This document shows, in pieces, positions 6,803 through 14,081 of a stretch of 31,626 nt of DNA; positions within the stretch are counted from its first letter, which is position 1; each line of letters opens with the position of its first letter. The notes beneath the pieces were generated by a model. That model did no database searches. It had not been told where the DNA came from and was given only the letters and a program-made list of their open reading frames with translations. The stretch comes from a virus (taxonomy: Duplodnaviria > Caudoviricetes): the IMG/VR virus record IMGVR_UViG_3300011335_000345, positions 1 through 31,626 of that record. One strand, given 5' to 3'. The position numbers and the translations under genes were made by a program.

Positions 6803-7401
6803 AAGAAATAGCAACAGCACTGGTCAAGGCACAGAAGGCTTTTGGCCCTGCACTCAAGACATCTACAAACCCACATTTCCGCAGCAAATATGTGGACTTG
6901 TCTGGATGCATCGAAGCAGTCATTGATAGCCTCAACAACGCAGGGATTGCCTTGGTGCAGCGTACCAGCGAGGACAGCACAGGCGTGACTGTGGAGACTG
7001 TTTTTATCCATGAGTCTGGAGAGACATTGGAGTGCGGGAAATTGCATGTTCCAGCAGGAAAGCAAGACCCGCAGGGGTATGGCAGCGCATTGACTTATGC
7101 ACGGCGCTACAGCCTCATGGCAGCGTGTGGAATAGCTCCTGAAGACGATGATGGCAACGCAGCTTCTCGCGGCCCTCGCATCGCAGCAGCTAAGACTGAA
7201 TTGGTGTCACCAGGGCAAACGAATAAGCTGGCTGTGGTGGCGCAAGCAATCAATGACCGCATGGCAGCAGATGATGTTGTCGGCGCTCTTGGTGAATACC
7301 AAGGCATCGTGGATGCTGAGGAAAAAGTAGCACTGTGGGGAATGCTTGACAGCAAAACTCGCAGCGCAATCAAAAAACAATCTGAACTTTCAAAGGGTTA
7401 A
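6799..7401 (+). CDS. erf: ERF-family single-strand annealing protein
   Basis: NPHFRSKYVDL, HESGE, QGYGSALTYARRYSL, EDDDGN; ATG at 6799 after aagga. Confidence 0.93.
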   Translation: MKEIATALVKAQKAFGPALKTSTNPHFRSKYVDLSGCIEAVIDSLNNAGIALVQRTSEDSTGVTVETVFIHESGETLECGKLHVPAGKQDPQGYGSALTYARRYSLMAACGIAPEDDDGNAASRGPRIAAAKTELVSPGQTNKLAVVAQAINDRMAADDVVGALGEYQGIVDAEEKVALWGMLDSKTRSAIKKQSELSKG

Positions 7402-7404
7402 AAA

Positions 7405-7653
7405 ATGGCAAAACTATACGATGTGACAGTGGTAAACGGCAAGTACGTCAAAGATGGTGTTGAGAAAAACAACTACCAAAAAATTGGTTCCATCATCGAA
7501 ACCAAGAATGGCAAGCAGTTGAAGTTGGACTCCATTCCTGTGATTGAAGGCGGCTGGAATGGTTGGGCATACCTGAACACTCCGAAGGCCAAAGATGGCT
7601 TTCCAAAGGATGATGGTTTTCCCAAGGACATGGACGACGACATCCCATTTTGA
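7405..7653 (+). CDS. ssb: Small single-stranded DNA-binding protein
   Basis: Follows erf; acidic DDDIPF C-terminal tail. Confidence 0.7.
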   Translation: MAKLYDVTVVNGKYVKDGVEKNNYQKIGSIIETKNGKQLKLDSIPVIEGGWNGWAYLNTPKAKDGFPKDDGFPKDMDDDIPF

Positions 7654-7658
7654 TTTAC

Positions 7659-7720
7659 GGGGGAAAGCGGATGCTGTAATGTGATTGTTCACGCGATAAA
7701 ACAGACGCAGCGAGTACCCC
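7659..7720 (+). ncRNA. Candidate structured RNA with sarcin-ricin/loop-E motif
   Basis: GGGG-GAAA-GC-GGAUG-CUGU...ACAG-ACGCA-GC-GAGUA-CCCC nested stems occupying the intergenic space. Confidence 0.6.
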
Positions 7721-7737
7721 TCCTTTTAGGATACTTT

Positions 7738-8046
7738 ATGACTTATCAATATCTTGAACTTGAAATTATCCGCTGGGCAGAGGCTAGGAAAATCATTCCT
7801 AACAGCACCCCTCAAACTCAGCTTTTGAAGGCTGTGAGTGAGCTTGGTGAGCTTGCAGATGCCACTATCAAGAAGCAGTCTGGGAAGATTACTGATGGCG
7901 TTGGTGATGTGATGGTTTGTCTCATCATCTATTGCGCCTTGCAGGACATCAACCTAGTTGGCTGCATGGAATTGGCTTACAAGGAAATCAAAGACCGCAA
8001 AGGCACATTGCTTGCCAATGGCGTGTTTGTGAAGGATGAGGAGTAA
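7738..8046 (+). CDS. MazG-like nucleotide pyrophosphohydrolase
   Basis: QLLKAVSELGELA...DGVGD...AYKEIKDRKG...GVFVK; ATG at 7738 after agga. Confidence 0.88.
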   Translation: MTYQYLELEIIRWAEARKIIPNSTPQTQLLKAVSELGELADATIKKQSGKITDGVGDVMVCLIIYCALQDINLVGCMELAYKEIKDRKGTLLANGVFVKDEE

Positions 8047-8279
8047 TGATGCGACATCCAGTATCTGAAACTCAGGCTATTTGGGTTTTGAACAAGTTGC
8101 TAGAGGGGAAAGAAATCACTCCTCACCATGCAATCAAAGGATGTGGATGCTTGCGCTTGGCAGCAGTTATCCATAACCTAAAACAAGCAGGATGGAATAT
8201 TGTCAATATTTGGGACGCATCAAGCAGCAAGAAAAAACACTTTGCTAGGTATGTTCTTAGAGTAAATGTTAAAGGATAA
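8046..8279 (+). CDS. Winged helix-turn-helix protein
   Basis: ITPHHA..GC.RLAAVIHNLK..GWNI...ARY. Confidence 0.75.
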   Translation: MMRHPVSETQAIWVLNKLLEGKEITPHHAIKGCGCLRLAAVIHNLKQAGWNIVNIWDASSSKKKHFARYVLRVNVKG

Positions 8280-8282
8280 CCA

Positions 8283-8420
8283 ATGAGATACATCCTAGAC
8301 TTTTTTGCCCTTGTTGGCCTTGTGTCTGTAATCCTTGCGGTAGGGATTTACATGGGCTATACAAGCTATGAACCTAAGTGCGGCACAGTGGCGGCACTCT
8401 TAACGGAGCATTGCAAATGA
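8283..8420 (+). CDS. Small membrane protein, 45 aa (MRYILDFFALVGLVSVILAVGIYMGY...)
   Basis: aagga RBS; TM segment; coupled to the next gene. Confidence 0.7.
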   Translation: MRYILDFFALVGLVSVILAVGIYMGYTSYEPKCGTVAALLTEHCK

Positions 8421-8608
8421 AACAATTTATCAAGCAATTACTCACTCCACTAACTCCATTGGAACTGGCAGCGCGTGAACTGATAGAGGCTCAACGCTCA
8501 AAGCTAGAGGCAGAGACGGCATTGGACTATGCCTCGCATATGGTGATGTATCACGATGCTCGTATTAGTCGATTGAGTGACCGTTTAGGCGAACTAAAAG
8601 GAGACTGA
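8417..8608 (+). CDS. Hypothetical helical protein (TPLELAARELIEAQRSKLEAE)
   Basis: ATGA coupling at 8417; ggag RBS. Confidence 0.78.
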   Translation: MKQFIKQLLTPLTPLELAARELIEAQRSKLEAETALDYASHMVMYHDARISRLSDRLGELKGD

Positions 8609-8610
8609 CC

Positions 8611-8739
8611 ATGCAAGATGACGATACTGACGCTGGTGGTGATTTCTTTGTTGACATGGTGAAGACCGCTATTGGGATATTTTTTATATTGGTGCTTGGC
8701 TCCACTGTTGTCGCTGTTATATGGGGATTCCTGATATGA
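8611..8739 (+). CDS. Small membrane protein, 42 aa (MQDDDTDAGGDFF...)
   Basis: aaggag RBS; one TM helix. Confidence 0.7.
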   Translation: MQDDDTDAGGDFFVDMVKTAIGIFFILVLGSTVVAVIWGFLI

Positions 8740-9143
8740 AAACTGAAGAAGACGAAGCCTTTGACGAACTCGCCAAGCGGCAGGGTGCGTGGGGCGGTGG
8801 GTTTCCAGCCAAGCGTAATGCGGCTGCGGACAAGCAGCATTGGAACGAAGATGAATGGCGTAGAAATAACTGGCGGTGTCATCATGGCTGGTTGCGCGGA
8901 GAACAATGCGAAATATGCAATGCACCACCCGCGCCACAGCCAGCGCAGGAGCCTGTGGTTTACCAATGCCCAAGATGTGCAACATCAATGGAGATTGATT
9001 TAACCGCCGCGCCATATCGCCCGTGGGTAGGGCTGACTGATGAAGAAATAAGAAAAATTCACACCGCATCATTTGGAAAAGATATTGGGTTTGCTACAGG
9101 ATTGACAGAAGCCAAACTAAAGGAGAAAAACAATGGAACGTGA
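8736..9143 (+). CDS. Mosaic hypothetical protein with QPAQEPV / RPWVGLT / KLKEKN linkers
   Basis: Coupled ATG at 8736; two CxxC-type inserts between conserved linkers. Confidence 0.8.
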   Translation: MKTEEDEAFDELAKRQGAWGGGFPAKRNAAADKQHWNEDEWRRNNWRCHHGWLRGEQCEICNAPPAPQPAQEPVVYQCPRCATSMEIDLTAAPYRPWVGLTDEEIRKIHTASFGKDIGFATGLTEAKLKEKNNGT

Positions 9144-9507
9144 AGCATTGAAGCTGGCGCTAGTGGCGTTGGAAGAATCACAAACCAACAATGACACGAT
9201 GGAGTTTTGGGACAGAAAAAGCAAAGCCATCACCGCCATCAAAGAAGCCTTGGCACAGCCAGCGCAGGAGCCTGTGGCTCGGGTATCTGGAACCTACGGC
9301 GGTAGGTTTGTATACGACCCCATAAATCGCGCAACAATTTTGCCTATTGGCATGGCGCTTTATGCTGGGCCACCACAGCGCCCGTGGGTAGGGCTGACAC
9401 CAGAAGACATACTGGCTCTATTTGACGAACACAATCTTTACGGGAGCAAGTTAGTTGAATTTGCCCGTGCAGTTGAAACCAAAATAAAGGAGAAGAACAA
9501 TGGATGA
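9133..9507 (+). CDS. Second mosaic protein of the same linker family
   Basis: aaggag RBS; same three linkers with different inserts. Confidence 0.82.
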   Translation: MEREALKLALVALEESQTNNDTMEFWDRKSKAITAIKEALAQPAQEPVARVSGTYGGRFVYDPINRATILPIGMALYAGPPQRPWVGLTPEDILALFDEHNLYGSKLVEFARAVETKIKEKNNG

Positions 9508-9730
9508 AGTCCACTCATGCAGCTATTACTGCCACTACCCTGAGTGCATCAAGGCACAGCGAGATGCAATGCGAGACAAATATGTTGTTGATGATTCACT
9601 AGGCAAGCACTACGATATGGGCTGGAATGCTGCACTAGATGAGGCAATTGAGCGTATTGGTGAAATCAACGCATTTGGAAAAGCAACGCAAGATAGCTTT
9701 TCTGTTTACATGAAAAAAATGGAAAAGTAA
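9500..9730 (+). CDS. Hypothetical protein (HSCSYYC..PECIKAQRD)
   Basis: aaggag RBS. Confidence 0.8.
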   Translation: MDEVHSCSYYCHYPECIKAQRDAMRDKYVVDDSLGKHYDMGWNAALDEAIERIGEINAFGKATQDSFSVYMKKMEK

Positions 9731-9732
9731 GA

Positions 9733-10137
9733 ATGAAGTGCCCGATTACGACTTGCAACGCCTGGGCAAGTACATTAGAAACAAGAGATAAGCCAGACAA
9801 TAAAACGTATCGTAGGTATCTATGCGCCAACAATCATAAGTTCAGCACGATGGAAAGTGTAGTAGTGCTGACCAGCGGGAAGCCTGCTGAGATTCGCAAG
9901 TTATTGAAAGGTTTCCCAGCAGGGTTATCTGTAAATCAGATTGCTGAAATTGTTGGGATAACGGTAGGTGATGTACGCAAGAAACTGGCAAAGATGGCAG
10001 ATGCTTACATAGTGTCGTGGGTTGGTGAGCATCCAGCAGCACTGTGGTCAGTCGCTGAAAGCATCAGAGACAAACCATCCAATGCGTCTAGACCACGCAA
10101 GGCTTATGAAACTTTGAGAAAGCTAGGGATAGCCTAA
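9733..10137 (+). CDS. Zn-ribbon (NrdR/Ogr-like) plus HTH protein; candidate late regulator
   Basis: MKCP..C...LETR...RRYLC.N.HKFST.E followed by LSVNQIAEIVG. Confidence 0.65.
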   Translation: MKCPITTCNAWASTLETRDKPDNKTYRRYLCANNHKFSTMESVVVLTSGKPAEIRKLLKGFPAGLSVNQIAEIVGITVGDVRKKLAKMADAYIVSWVGEHPAALWSVAESIRDKPSNASRPRKAYETLRKLGIA

Positions 10138-10138
10138 A

Positions 10139-10558
10139 TTAAGTAATTTTTGCGCCAGCTTGAAGTTGTGCAATGGTCAGGCCACCAGTGTATTGAAAAT
10201 GCGGGAATTCCTTGAAGTCTTTCCAGTTGCCCGCCCACTCTAAACCGCAGGCCACACCAATTTCGCCAATTTTTTGCCATATGGGGTCTTTAGTACTCCA
10301 TACGGGCTTGCCGTTGACCAATGCCACTACATCTAAAGCGCAGTGCCAGTTGTGCCAAGACTGTCCTGGCTTGGCTTTTGTGACCACATCACCTGGGGTA
10401 GTGCGTCCTTGGGCATACAGCGCGGCTTGGCTCTCGTTATCGCGGTAGGTAGAGGTCACCAGCAAGTCAATACCTTTGGCTTTGGCGGCGTCAACAAACG
10501 CTTGCGCCCGCTGTTTAACAGGTGGAGCTAGTTCATCAAGACTGCGAGAGTTAATCAT
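10139..10558 (-). CDS. Endolysin, M15 family L-Ala-D-Glu peptidase
   Basis: TSTYR..Q..LYAQGRT, SWHNW..ALD, WAG.W..F.E.PHFQ. Confidence 0.92.
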   Translation of the reverse strand: MINSRSLDELAPPVKQRAQAFVDAAKAKGIDLLVTSTYRDNESQAALYAQGRTTPGDVVTKAKPGQSWHNWHCALDVVALVNGKPVWSTKDPIWQKIGEIGVACGLEWAGNWKDFKEFPHFQYTGGLTIAQLQAGAKIT

Positions 10559-10779
10559 GTTGTTTCCTTGCGTTTAGGTTTAACATCGTTTTCCATTACT
10601 TTTGCTGGCGCAATGATGCAGGTGGTCTCTACCGTAGCAGTAGAGTTTGTTTTGTACCATTCTTTTTTTTCCGCAACTACTGCTTTGCATTCTTGTTCAT
10701 CAGGGTAAACAGTAAGCTGTTGCAAGAACTCACAATGCCCATTTAGGCATATGTACAGGACGGGAATGAATAGGTTCAC
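10555..10779 (-). CDS. Hypothetical Cys-containing protein in the lysis module
   Basis: Coupled overlaps on both sides. Confidence 0.75.
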   Translation of the reverse strand: MNLFIPVLYICLNGHCEFLQQLTVYPDEQECKAVVAEKKEWYKTNSTATVETTCIIAPAKVMENDVKPKRKETT

Positions 10780-11270
10780 TTGGTTGGCTCTGCTTTAGAC
10801 AACAATTCAGTTTTAGCTTGACTACCAGCACTGCTACCAAAATAGAAGCTAATAATGCCCGTCCAGGCTGTTCCAAGACTACCTAGCATGATGTCAATCT
10901 GAGGAGCATGAGCAATCTGACCATACATTAGGCCAAATAAGATTCCAAAGAATCCACAGGTAACCCCAAGAGCCATGATTGGAGGAATCCATGACTTTGT
11001 GGCAATCTGCATATCGCGAGCAGACTTTTTATCTTCAGCAATTAGCTTGGCAAAGTCTAGGTTCATGGACTGAGCTTGTTTCTTTAGCTCCAGTTCAGCA
11101 AGTTGAATAGCAGCAACTTGATTAGCGTCTAGTTTTCCTGAAGAAATAATGTCCTGAACTTGTTCAGGTTCACATCCAATAGCTTTTGCAACAGCAGAGA
11201 CTGCCATTCCAGCCAATGGGCCACCAAAGCATGTTGCAATGGTGGGAGCAAGAGTTTTAAGCCATTCCAT
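10776..11270 (-). CDS. Putative holin (3TM/GTA-holin-like)
   Basis: APTIAT..GGPLAG, D..SAR, two C-terminal TMs, YFGSS motif. Confidence 0.7.
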   Translation of the reverse strand: MEWLKTLAPTIATCFGGPLAGMAVSAVAKAIGCEPEQVQDIISSGKLDANQVAAIQLAELELKKQAQSMNLDFAKLIAEDKKSARDMQIATKSWIPPIMALGVTCGFFGILFGLMYGQIAHAPQIDIMLGSLGTAWTGIISFYFGSSAGSQAKTELLSKAEPTK

Positions 11271-11760
11271 TAGAAACCCCTATTTGTGATAATGTGAAAT
11301 GTAATACTAACCAGTGGAACAACGATAGCTGACGCACCTGAAATCCAGAGTGTGTTCATGATAATCGCTACTTTCACTTCCTTGTCTTTCTGCTTTCTTT
11401 CTGACTCTTCTCTTTCAATCGTATTGCGCTCTTTAATCATCCTAGTGCGCTCTGCCATCATTTCTTCCCACACTGGCGCATTGCCTGAGTAGAAAAGAAT
11501 ATCCTTCAATTCTTTCTCATGTTCTCTTAGCGCCTTAGATGCAAGTGCAATCTGGAGAGCTTGAGAACTTATCTGTGCATCTGTCTTTCCTATGCTTGCA
11601 ATCCGCGCCTTGCTGCTTGCTAGGTGAACTGTATCCGCTGCTTGGTAAAAACTGCTGAATTCTTTATAGAGGCCGTGGATGTCTTTGCCAAGAGCAACTG
11701 CTTTTTTATGCCAGAAACGGCAGCTTGTGCCATAGCGAAAGCGGTGAATGGGTCTATCAT
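11270..11760 (-). pseudogene. Lysis-region membrane protein (MIDPFTAFAMAQAA...; 163 aa if read through), interrupted by a -1 frameshift at A_AAA_AAG (11707-11701)
   Basis: Coupled ATG at 11760; 0-frame stops at 11620; -1 frame is open to 11270 with no earlier start. Confidence 0.7.
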
Positions 11761-11942
11761 TTCTTGTTCACTACTGCCCATCGGCAGATTCGTCCATCTT
11801 TGTCAAGAAACTCATTTGCTCTAAGCATCTTGTCCTCATCTTTCTTTGAAGTACGACAAACCAGCACTGTTTTAGTCTCTGTTCCAGGCCAAGGGCTTTC
11901 AGCAGAGGCTAAAAATGCACTGAAGGCTTGCGTTAGTGGCAT
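11757..11942 (-). CDS. Hypothetical protein, 61 aa
   Basis: TAATG coupling at 11942 and ATGA at 11757-11760. Confidence 0.7.
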   Translation of the reverse strand: MPLTQAFSAFLASAESPWPGTETKTVLVCRTSKKDEDKMLRANEFLDKDGRICRWAVVNKK

Positions 11943-14080
11943 TATTCGCTCATCACAGGGACTTGCGACCAATCAATTGGCTGTGCCTCTTGAACTGGCG
12001 GCGCTGGAACTTTCTGCTGAGATGGAGCAAGTTTAGACTGCACTGTTGCTAAGAATTCGTTATCAAATAAGCCTTCTTTTCTAATCCCATCAACAATTTT
12101 CAAAGCCGCAGCGCCAGCATATTTTGGATTATCTTGTGCTTTTCTAAGCATAGCCAATGTGTCCATTGCGCTTTTGCTTGTTGCTGCTTTAGCCATGATT
12201 TTAGGAGTCAAGTAAAAGACTCCTCCGCTTGCTGCTAAATACGCAAGTGCAGAAGCATCTAGTTTGTCTTTCATTTCATTGGGAACAATAAAATATCCAA
12301 CTCCTGCTGCTGCAAGTGTTGTTCCAGCAGTAGCCGCTGCTGTAAGACCTCTATTTCTTAGTGCTGTAACAGCAGAGCCAACTTCTCCAGAGTAGTGTGC
12401 AGCATTTGCAATTGACTCTAATTCATTCCTGATTTTTGAATCTTCAAATAGCTTATTAAATTGCCGTTTGAAGTTATCATCAGTTTTCATTTTTGAAGCA
12501 AATTTGCTTATGCCTTCTGCATTTCCAAACATTTGACTCAAATAACCGTACTGAAGTTCTTCTTTAATTCCTTTGGAGTCTTGTGGCTTCAAATATTTTT
12601 GAGCTTCTGCTATTGCTTTGTTTACATCTCGCAAACGCTCTGGTCTATCTATATTAAACAAAAACTCGCCAACAGCAGATGGCTCTGCTTTCAATGCAGC
12701 AGCAACGGTTCCGTTATAGAAGCCTTCCATAGCATTTTTATAGCCACGTTGTGCATTCCAATAATCTCGTAAAAGTTCATTGTTTCCAGCATTTGCCTTT
12801 GTAAATCCAAATGACATTTTTTCAAGCGAATCAATGCCGTGAGCTAAATATTGACCTGAACGTAATCCAGCAGCGCTATCAACTCCACCAATGAAACCAA
12901 GTTTTTTAGCAAGTGCTTTTTGCTCTTCATTACCAAAAGTTACAACCATAACGCCATCCATCGCGTTTCTAATACCTTGTGCTTGATTGTTATATTCAGC
13001 CTCTAATGCTGTAGCTGGTGCATCTGCTTTCTTTAGGTCACGCGCAGCAGCAAGCAAATCACTTCTAAGCGCATGAGCAGTCCCAAGAGTGACTTCATCA
13101 TCTTGCTTCAAAACGTCTTCCAATGCGCGTCTACGCTCTGCTCCAGCGCCTGCAAACTTACGACCAGCTAATTTATCAAGTTCTTTTTGAGCCTCAGATT
13201 TAATTGCGCGAAGGTCAACACGCAGCCCCATATCTTCGCTAATTTTTTCAAATGTAGGACGATATTTATCCTTCATTGCTGCTTCAGCCTCTTTCAAAGA
13301 CAACTGGAATCTATCGCCAACAGCAAGAGAAGCTGGGTCACCTTGTTTTAAGGCCATTTTGAATGCATCAGATGTGTCTAATGAATTAAGAACATCTTGT
13401 GTTCCAGATTTAAGAGCCGCTTGCGCTTTTTGTTCTTGTAACTTAAATGCTTGAGCGCCTGGAGATGTACGCAATACATCTTCTGTAAGCTGAGATGTAA
13501 CATCACCTGTTAACTGTCCTTTTGTCAAGGTTGCCCCGCGAGAAGATAGCCATTCTTGAGCAGCTTTCCTAGCAGCGCCTTCTTCACTAGCAAAAAGACC
13601 TTTTCGTATGCCAAATTTTTCTAGCATATCTTTTCCTACTTTTACAGTCTGACCAGCAGCAGTAAAAACAAGATTTCCACCAACATCATAGGCAGCATTG
13701 GTGATTAAGTTTTCAAACATCTTCTGGGCAGTTGGGCCACTCAAAATATCTTGTCCAGTAACCATTTGCTCTGCAACCGTGCCAGCAGCAGTTCCAGTAG
13801 AAGAGCCAATTAATGATGGAACAAATGGCCTAACAACAGCAGGCGCTCTTTGCATAAGCGGAGCCAATACTCTAAGCTCAGGAACAGCAAGCATAGCCAT
13901 ACCACCAAGAAGTCCGCCAGTTTCTGGAAGACTTGTTGGAGCCATTTGCTCAATAGCGCCAGGAACAGTAAGAGCAAGCCCAAGTTTTGACCTGGCTTCT
14001 TCTTGCTGTTTTCTGATTGCGGCCTCTTCTTCCCTAGAAGGGCCAGCACTCATAACGGGAACTTTGCTCCAATCAACCAT
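11942..14080 (-). CDS. Large internal virion / DNA ejection protein
   Basis: 712 aa, Ala-rich helical; third gene of the ejection cluster. Confidence 0.7.
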   Translation of the reverse strand: MVDWSKVPVMSAGPSREEEAAIRKQQEEARSKLGLALTVPGAIEQMAPTSLPETGGLLGGMAMLAVPELRVLAPLMQRAPAVVRPFVPSLIGSSTGTAAGTVAEQMVTGQDILSGPTAQKMFENLITNAAYDVGGNLVFTAAGQTVKVGKDMLEKFGIRKGLFASEEGAARKAAQEWLSSRGATLTKGQLTGDVTSQLTEDVLRTSPGAQAFKLQEQKAQAALKSGTQDVLNSLDTSDAFKMALKQGDPASLAVGDRFQLSLKEAEAAMKDKYRPTFEKISEDMGLRVDLRAIKSEAQKELDKLAGRKFAGAGAERRRALEDVLKQDDEVTLGTAHALRSDLLAAARDLKKADAPATALEAEYNNQAQGIRNAMDGVMVVTFGNEEQKALAKKLGFIGGVDSAAGLRSGQYLAHGIDSLEKMSFGFTKANAGNNELLRDYWNAQRGYKNAMEGFYNGTVAAALKAEPSAVGEFLFNIDRPERLRDVNKAIAEAQKYLKPQDSKGIKEELQYGYLSQMFGNAEGISKFASKMKTDDNFKRQFNKLFEDSKIRNELESIANAAHYSGEVGSAVTALRNRGLTAAATAGTTLAAAGVGYFIVPNEMKDKLDASALAYLAASGGVFYLTPKIMAKAATSKSAMDTLAMLRKAQDNPKYAGAAALKIVDGIRKEGLFDNEFLATVQSKLAPSQQKVPAPPVQEAQPIDWSQVPVMSE

Positions 14081-14081
14081 T

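Noticed and set aside
5914-7699. GCGATAA at 5914, 5961 and 7693 as extra antisense targets
   Set aside because: One mismatch to the loop complement, two copies are in promoter DNA, and a 7-mer is expected by chance
8935-9504. Repeats as a CRISPR array or DGR template/variable pair
   Set aside because: Only two copies of each, in-frame in coding sequence; no cas or RT; no adenine-specific mismatches
10124-10136. TAGGGATAGCCTA as a further activator dyad
   Set aside because: Imperfect, inside a gene end, and no suitably placed promoter or gene start
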